In this document: positions 58,239 through 64,000 of the stretch, in pieces
How the letters are laid out: the number at the start of each line of letters is the position of its first letter
How positions within the stretch are numbered: position 1 is the first letter of the stretch
Assembly: GCA_037138355.1 (NCBI GenBank)
Contig: JBAXIL010000003.1
Location: forward strand, 1 to 64,000
Length of the DNA: 64,000 nt
Direction of reading: 5' to 3'
Source: a bacterium
GTDB taxonomy: Bacteria > Oederibacteriota > PGYV01 > Palsa-1178
Position numbers and translations under genes: made by a program
Notes under the pieces: model-generated
What the model saw: the letters and a program-made list of their open reading frames with translations, nothing else
The model's database searches: none
Told to the model about the DNA's origin: nothing

Positions 58239-59192
58239 CTATTTTGTTTCCTTAGCCCAGTTAATAACATCTCTCAGTCCGTCTTTAAATTGTATCATTG
58301 GTTTCCATTTCAACAATTTGGCAGTTTTTGATATATCCGCTTGCATGTGCCTCTGATCGCCAGGCCGTGCAGTTTTATAAATTACTTTATTTGTTTTTCT
58401 GGTTTTTCCAAAACTTTTCAAAGTAATGTCTATTAATTGATTAACCGATACCCTTATACCAGAACCTAAATTAAATACTTCATTAAAAGATTTTTTATTA
58501 TCTATGGCACCAATCCAAGCTTTTGCAACATCACTAATGTGCACATAGTCACGAGATTGTAAACCATCACCAAATACTGTAACTGCTTCACCACGCAGTA
58601 CATTACCTATAAATATTGAAACAACTCCCTGATAAGGATTAGTCAGCGACTGTCTGCGCCCATATACATTAAACATTCTAAAAGCAGTAGTATTTAATTT
58701 AAACCCCATATCTGTTCTTAAACCTGTGGCTAATACATATCTCTCGCCTGCATATTTTGTAATACCATAATATGCAATCGGCCTGGTGCCCATTGTTTCT
58801 TTTACTGGTATAGCATCAGGTACTCCATACGAGGTCATGGAAGAAGCATATAATAACCTATTCACTTTATACTTTATCGCATAATTAATAATATTTATAG
58901 TTCCCAAGACATTTGTATTGAGATCCGCTGCTGGGTCATCAAATGATTTAATTGTTGAAGCACAACCAGCTATGTGAAAAATAGCATCTATTTTATTTTT
59001 AAATACTTTGTCCAAATCTTTTGGATTCCTAACATCTCCTTTGATAAAGAGAGCTTTGGAATTAATATTTTCCTTAAGACCAGTGGAAAGATTATCAACT
59101 ACAATAACCTTATAACCACTATCTAATAAAGCATCTGTCATATTTGAACCAATAAAACCCGCCCCACCTGTAACCAATACTGTTTTTTCCAT
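58239..59192 (-). CDS. NAD-dependent nucleotide-sugar epimerase/dehydratase
   Basis: TGGAGFIG, YGITK, R.FNVYG, GDG.Q.RDY. Confidence 0.93.
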   Translation of the reverse strand: MEKTVLVTGGAGFIGSNMTDALLDSGYKVIVVDNLSTGLKENINSKALFIKGDVRNPKDLDKVFKNKIDAIFHIAGCASTIKSFDDPAADLNTNVLGTINIINYAIKYKVNRLLYASSMTSYGVPDAIPVKETMGTRPIAYYGITKYAGERYVLATGLRTDMGFKLNTTAFRMFNVYGRRQSLTNPYQGVVSIFIGNVLRGEAVTVFGDGLQSRDYVHISDVAKAWIGAIDNKKSFNEVFNLGSGIRVSVNQLIDITLKSFGKTRKTNKVIYKTARPGDQRHMQADISKTAKLLKWKPMIQFKDGLRDVINWAKETK

Positions 59193-59224
59193 GTTTGCCT
59201 CCATATATTAGTAAATATATTAAC

Positions 59225-59923
59225 TCATAACTTAAGTTTTAACTTCCATACTATCCACGCGGCTTCTAAAATCACTTTTCTTGACATTTTGGAAGACCCT
59301 GAGTGGCGGTCAACAAATATTATTGGTATCTCTTTAATTTTGAATGATCTTTCCCATGCTTTATAGTGCATTTCTATCTGAAAAGCATAACCATCAGAAT
59401 GTATTTTATCGAGATCAATTGCTTTTAAAACACTACTTTTATAACACTTAAAACCACTTGTTAAATCAGTAAGCGGAAGACCTGTTATTATTTTAGCATA
59501 TAAGTTCGCAAGTTTTGAAAGCACAAGTCGCCTAAGCGGCCAGTTAACTACTGATAGTCCGTTGATATACCTTGAACCTATTACCAAATCATTGGTTTTA
59601 AGTGTTTCTATAAAAACAGGTAGATAATTTGGATCATGAGAAAAATCAGCATCCATTTCAAATATAATGTCATATTTTTTGGCTAAAGCATACTTAAATC
59701 CTTCAACATAAGCAGTTCCCAAACCGAGTTTTTTTGCTCTTTCTATGAGCTTTACTCTTTTATTTTTTTCCATTATTACTTTTACTGCTGCTCCAGTACC
59801 ATCAGGAGATTTGTCATCCACAATAAGTATGTCAGCAGCAGGCAGAGTTTTCATTATCATTGGAATAAGTTTTTTTATATTATCTTTTTCATTAAAAGTA
59901 GGTATTACTATAAGTATTCTCAT
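59225..59923 (-). CDS. GT2 polyprenol-phosphate glycosyltransferase (Dpm1/Ppm1-like)
   Basis: IPTFNE, VDD.SPDGT, GLGTAY..GF, MDADFSH, GSRY, F.DR..G.SKM. Confidence 0.93.
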   Translation of the reverse strand: MRILIVIPTFNEKDNIKKLIPMIMKTLPAADILIVDDKSPDGTGAAVKVIMEKNKRVKLIERAKKLGLGTAYVEGFKYALAKKYDIIFEMDADFSHDPNYLPVFIETLKTNDLVIGSRYINGLSVVNWPLRRLVLSKLANLYAKIITGLPLTDLTSGFKCYKSSVLKAIDLDKIHSDGYAFQIEMHYKAWERSFKIKEIPIIFVDRHSGSSKMSRKVILEAAWIVWKLKLKL

Positions 59924-62214
59924 TTATCACCTTTATGTATTTTCCTTTCTCTAAAATATATTATCACATAAAATAATATACCAATTAAGGTCAAAAGTAA
60001 ACCTAAGTAAAACCCATCCTTTGAATAATAAAGTTCTATGTCATGCGTTCCGGTTTTTAAAGGTATCCCCATAAAAGCATAATTTACATTATAAATTTTA
60101 TTTAATTTATTATCAACTTTAGCTTTCCACTCAGGATAGTAAGAATTCTTTACCACCAACATTCCATCTTTTTCTGTTTCAACAATCATCTTAATCCTAT
60201 TAGGAGTATATGATTGAATGCCTATCTTATATGATAAAAGATCTGGTGACGGCATCAAATCAATGTCATCTTTTATCAAAACTCCCTTAAAATCATAAGT
60301 CCCACTTTTCATGTAATTTAATATCTCTTCATTTGTATTATACTTAAATATTTTATCAGTAAAAACGATTCTTGGAGAAACAGCTTTGTTACTATAAACT
60401 TTAACCTTTCCATCTAACAACTTATATAAACCTGGTATATTTATGTCCTCAGACATTAAGAAATACTTAATATTAAAATAACTATCTGCAGCCAAAATAT
60501 TGAAAAGTCCTGCTTTCTCAAGTGCTAAATATGATTTAGGTATTAAACCATGTATCCCTTTTAACCCTTCTATATCATAGTATATATTTCTATTAGGCGA
60601 CCAAGAGAACGAGAAATCTGTCATCCTATAGATATCTTTATCCTGCTTTATTGCTATGGCTACTGGATCAATAACGGGTACATAATTTTTGTATTCCTCA
60701 TAAATAATAAATTTATTATCAATTCTATGCATATCCACAAAGTTAATAGATGCCAATATTATTGATACGAGAAAAATATTCTTTATTTTTTTTGAAATAA
60801 AAGCATAAATAATAGCAAGACCAGCTGCTGACACAAAAATAAAATATACTACATCCTGTCTTATGCCAGCTAATATATTTCCTAATATTTGCGGTGATAT
60901 CTGTGTTTTCTTAATAGTCATATATAAGCTACTGACTATCTGTGTTAAGTTATTGCCAATAAACATTATAGATAAGGTAATAAATATAATTCCCATAATG
61001 ACTGAAATACCAGTCAGAATCTTTAACATAGTATTTTTACTTGCCTGTCCAAAATTAAATATATTATTAAGTCCTACTGCTGACAGTGCCATAATAAAAA
61101 AAGTAAATACATATAGGAACCGTGATGGATTTCTAAATTGATTAAAAACTGGAATATAATAAAATAGCTTGTATATTGGAGTAAAACCACCAAACGAAAG
61201 AATAAGAAATAATATAGAGGAAAAAGTCAAAAACTTAGCAAAAGAAGAGAGTTTTTTATCTACAAAAGCAAAAGGAACAAGCAAAAATGAAATGATTCCA
61301 AAATAATAGGTGGTTAGATTAAACGGCATAAACCCATAATAGTTTTCTGCCCTTAAACCGAAAAATCGCGGAAGAAAAAATGTCAGTGTTTCAATTGGGT
61401 GAAATGACCATGAAACAAAATCACTATAAGTAAAACTCCCTCTCCAAGAATAATCAGTATAAGGAATAGAAGGTATAAGCTGGAGGGACGCATATATAAT
61501 AATAGCCAAGGTGCTCAACATAAACAATCCAATTGGTTTTATATAATTAATTTTATTTCTGGCTTCTATCCAAATTTTGTAAATAGCAAGCATAAGAACT
61601 CCCAGATATGTATAGGCCATGATCTGCATACCAGTTGCAAGTATTTGCAAAGCCATAAGCACTGCTGCATTTAAAAATGGAAGCATTTTTTTATTATCAA
61701 AACCCCTTGCTGTAAAATAAAATATAAATGGTATAAGTGCTCCTGCCTTAATATTATTCCAGTGACCAACATAAATATACGAAAGCATGAATCCACTTAT
61801 GGTGAAAGCAACAGCAGAGAAAAAAGCCGCCTCTCTTCTGATACTAAACTGTCTCAAAAATAAAAACATACCAAGAAATGAAACCAACAGATGAATTAAT
61901 AGATCAATAGTGTAGGTAAACTGCAGGGGAATAGGTAAAAACATAAACAATAAATCAGTCGGGTAATAATATAAAAGACTTGAAGAGCCTATCAGTGGCA
62001 TTCCAAAAAACAAATGTGGCATCCAAAGTGGCAAATCGTGATATTTTACAGCCATTTCCTGAGCAAATAATTTGAATGGTAAATAAATAGTAAAAAAATC
62101 AGTTCCAAATAATATTTTTCCTGGCTGAAGTGCCCCATTAAAAAAAATTAATCCTGTTATAAAAAGAAATAAACCAATTAACCAGTTTTGTATCTTCTTA
62201 TTGTCCATCAGCAA
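59920..62214 (-). CDS. YfhO-family multi-TM GT-C glycosyltransferase
   Basis: D in first loop, PLW.P....G.P, YYP, FR.P.R, YYP.W.A.VD, G.H.I.L.Y. Confidence 0.85.
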   Translation of the reverse strand: MLMDNKKIQNWLIGLFLFITGLIFFNGALQPGKILFGTDFFTIYLPFKLFAQEMAVKYHDLPLWMPHLFFGMPLIGSSSLLYYYPTDLLFMFLPIPLQFTYTIDLLIHLLVSFLGMFLFLRQFSIRREAAFFSAVAFTISGFMLSYIYVGHWNNIKAGALIPFIFYFTARGFDNKKMLPFLNAAVLMALQILATGMQIMAYTYLGVLMLAIYKIWIEARNKINYIKPIGLFMLSTLAIIIYASLQLIPSIPYTDYSWRGSFTYSDFVSWSFHPIETLTFFLPRFFGLRAENYYGFMPFNLTTYYFGIISFLLVPFAFVDKKLSSFAKFLTFSSILFLILSFGGFTPIYKLFYYIPVFNQFRNPSRFLYVFTFFIMALSAVGLNNIFNFGQASKNTMLKILTGISVIMGIIFITLSIMFIGNNLTQIVSSLYMTIKKTQISPQILGNILAGIRQDVVYFIFVSAAGLAIIYAFISKKIKNIFLVSIILASINFVDMHRIDNKFIIYEEYKNYVPVIDPVAIAIKQDKDIYRMTDFSFSWSPNRNIYYDIEGLKGIHGLIPKSYLALEKAGLFNILAADSYFNIKYFLMSEDINIPGLYKLLDGKVKVYSNKAVSPRIVFTDKIFKYNTNEEILNYMKSGTYDFKGVLIKDDIDLMPSPDLLSYKIGIQSYTPNRIKMIVETEKDGMLVVKNSYYPEWKAKVDNKLNKIYNVNYAFMGIPLKTGTHDIELYYSKDGFYLGLLLTLIGILFYVIIYFRERKIHKGDK

Positions 62215-63139
62215 ACCATTTAATGGTATGGCTTAACCCTTCACGAAGTTTTATTCTTGGTTCCCAACCAAGCAGTTTTTTTGCCTTTGTTATATCAGGT
62301 TTTCTGCGAGTGGGATCATCAGTAGGTAATTTTTTATACACTATTTTTGACTTTGAACCCGTCATTTCCTTTATTATTACGGCTGCTTCCTTCACCGTAA
62401 ACTCATCTGGGTTGCCTATGTTAATAACTTCTCCTGCTAATCCATCTTTAAGCATTGCCGTAATTAAACCTTTAACTTGATCAGAAACATAACAAAAACT
62501 TCTTGTCTGAGAACCATCCCCATATATAGTCAAATCCAGATTATGCTGGGCCTGCCAAATAAAGTTTGATATAACTCTTCCATCATCTTTTTGTAACCGT
62601 GGTCCATAAGTGTTAAATATCCTAATTATTCTGGCATCTACCTTATGTTTTCTAACAAATTCCATAGTTAGAGCCTCAGCAAATCTTTTGGCTTCATCAT
62701 AACAAGACCTTATACCCACTGGATTTACATTTCCCCAGTAAGTTTCTTTTTGCGGGTGTTCTTTTGGATCTCCATATGTTTCAGAAGTAGAAGTAATTAA
62801 ATAACGCGCCTTTTTTGCTCTACAAAATTCAAGTATATTATATGTACCTAAAGAATTTGTAAGCAAGGTTTCTATAGACTTTGCCTGATAGTACGGTGGT
62901 GAAGCATATGAAGCCAAATGAAATACATAATCCACGGCACCTTTTATTTTTATTGTTTTTTGAACATCATGTTTAATAAATTTAAAATTTCTATTTTTAA
63001 TAATTGTTTTTAGATTTGACATTCTACCAGTTCCTAAATTATCAAGGCATATTACCCTGTATCCTTTTTCAATAAGGTTTTCACATAAATGTGAACCTAT
63101 AAACCCTGCTCCACCAGCCACAACAACAGTTTTATTCAT
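62198..63139 (-). CDS. UDP-glucuronate decarboxylase (UDP-xylose synthase) family
   Basis: GGAGFIGSHL, ASP..Y, STSE.YGDP, YWGNVNP.G.RSCYDE.KR, DDP.RR.PDI. Confidence 0.93.
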   Translation of the reverse strand: MNKTVVVAGGAGFIGSHLCENLIEKGYRVICLDNLGTGRMSNLKTIIKNRNFKFIKHDVQKTIKIKGAVDYVFHLASYASPPYYQAKSIETLLTNSLGTYNILEFCRAKKARYLITSTSETYGDPKEHPQKETYWGNVNPVGIRSCYDEAKRFAEALTMEFVRKHKVDARIIRIFNTYGPRLQKDDGRVISNFIWQAQHNLDLTIYGDGSQTRSFCYVSDQVKGLITAMLKDGLAGEVINIGNPDEFTVKEAAVIIKEMTGSKSKIVYKKLPTDDPTRRKPDITKAKKLLGWEPRIKLREGLSHTIKWFADGQ

Positions 63140-63190
63140 TTTTGCTCCTCATATCATTATGTTAGATATTTTATTCCAAAAAAAATATTT

Positions 63191-64000
63191 CTAAACAATT
63201 TTTAAAATGGCTCCTTTAAGATAAAATGTTTCTGGTATCTGAGTTGAATAAGGATGGTCCTTAGCCTGAAATAGTTGGGCCTTTAATTCCACTTTGTGAT
63301 GAAGTTTTCTTGCGGCATCCTTTGCAGATTGTATAAGTTCTGCCATAGAAATGTTTTGTGAACACGAAAAAGTAAAAATAACACCATCTTTATTAAGGAG
63401 TCTCATAGCTTTCAAATGCAAGTCAAAATAGCCTTTGAGCCCACCTTTTTTTTCTGTTTTACCTCTAGAAAAAGGAGGTGGATCAATTATGATGACATTA
63501 TATTTTTCAGCTGCAGCATTTAAGTTCTTCAGTTCATCAAACACATCTGCCTTTACGAGACAATAATCTTTTAAATTATTCAATTCCATATTTTTTTCTG
63601 CCATTTCTATGGCTTCTGCGGATGAATCTACTCCCTTAACTGATGCCGCCCCAAAATGTAAAGCGCTCGCGGCAAAACCGCCTGTGTAACAAAATAGATC
63701 TAATACATTTTTATCTTTTACATAATTTTTAAGCTTTTCCCTATTATCTCTTTGGTCAAGATAAAAGCCAGTTTTCGAACCACCTGCTGGATCTACATAA
63801 TATTGAATATCGTTTTCTGTTATTATAACTGGTTTTATACTTCCTTTAATTGACTTTTCAACCTTTTCCAGCCCTTCCTTTATTCTTGAGGAAGAAATAG
63901 ATTTCTCATAAATATGTTTTGGCTTTAATTTTTCATCTATTATTTTAACTATAATATCTTTCAATTTATCCATTCCTAAAGTAGTTATCTGAATTACTGC
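63191..64000 (-). CDS. rlmI: RlmI-like SAM-dependent rRNA methyltransferase, 5' end outside the window
   Basis: KTGFYLDQRDNR, VLDLFCYTGGF, IIIDPP, SCS, DHP, YLK; frame open to the window edge. Confidence 0.85.
   Translation of the reverse strand, partial: AVIQITTLGMDKLKDIIVKIIDEKLKPKHIYEKSISSSRIKEGLEKVEKSIKGSIKPVIITENDIQYYVDPAGGSKTGFYLDQRDNREKLKNYVKDKNVLDLFCYTGGFAASALHFGAASVKGVDSSAEAIEMAEKNMELNNLKDYCLVKADVFDELKNLNAAAEKYNVIIIDPPPFSRGKTEKKGGLKGYFDLHLKAMRLLNKDGVIFTFSCSQNISMAELIQSAKDAARKLHHKVELKAQLFQAKDHPYSTQIPETFYLKGAILKIV

Noticed and set aside
1..64000. CRISPR array, prophage, IS element, defence island, alternative genetic code
   Set aside because: No spaced direct repeats or mobile-element genes seen; TGA, TAA and TAG all end conserved genes at the expected positions

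Overview
AT-rich bacterial chromosomal segment using the standard genetic code. It comes from a two-membrane (diderm) organism, as shown by TolC and outer-membrane beta-barrel genes; the lineage cannot be fixed from sequence alone. I found no prophage, IS element, integrase, CRISPR array or rRNA. Content from left to right: rpmH-rnpA-yidD-yidC-jag-mnmE (+); then a mostly minus-strand housekeeping block (polX, proB, obg, rpmA, rplU, tRNA-Lys, uvrC, DEAD-box helicase, uvrB, HU); an Rrf2-led Cys/Met cluster (metY, cysK, metX, metW); queH; two tandem MarR-controlled RND efflux operons; a GH44 glucanase; a MarR-EmrAB unit; pyk; three small secreted basic proteins; a UbiA/PfkB operon; CDF, nadE, dGTPase and pcrA; and a surface-glycosylation operon at the right end. 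The most interesting observations are: (1) both RND adaptors lack the alpha-hairpin, and one operon carries an extra beta-barrel gene; (2) a cluster of Asr-like small secreted proteins sits behind a sigmaE-type promoter and ends in a terminator with an embedded RNA module; (3) a family of 7-nt-periodic palindromic intergenic elements; (4) apparent pseudo-enzymes (FabD without Ser/His, HPr-like without His15/Ser46, thioredoxin fold without CxxC); (5) an apparent frameshift at the 5' end of rnpA; (6) candidate structured RNAs ahead of the DEAD-box helicase and tRNA-Lys. All assignments are by eye from motifs; no searches were run.
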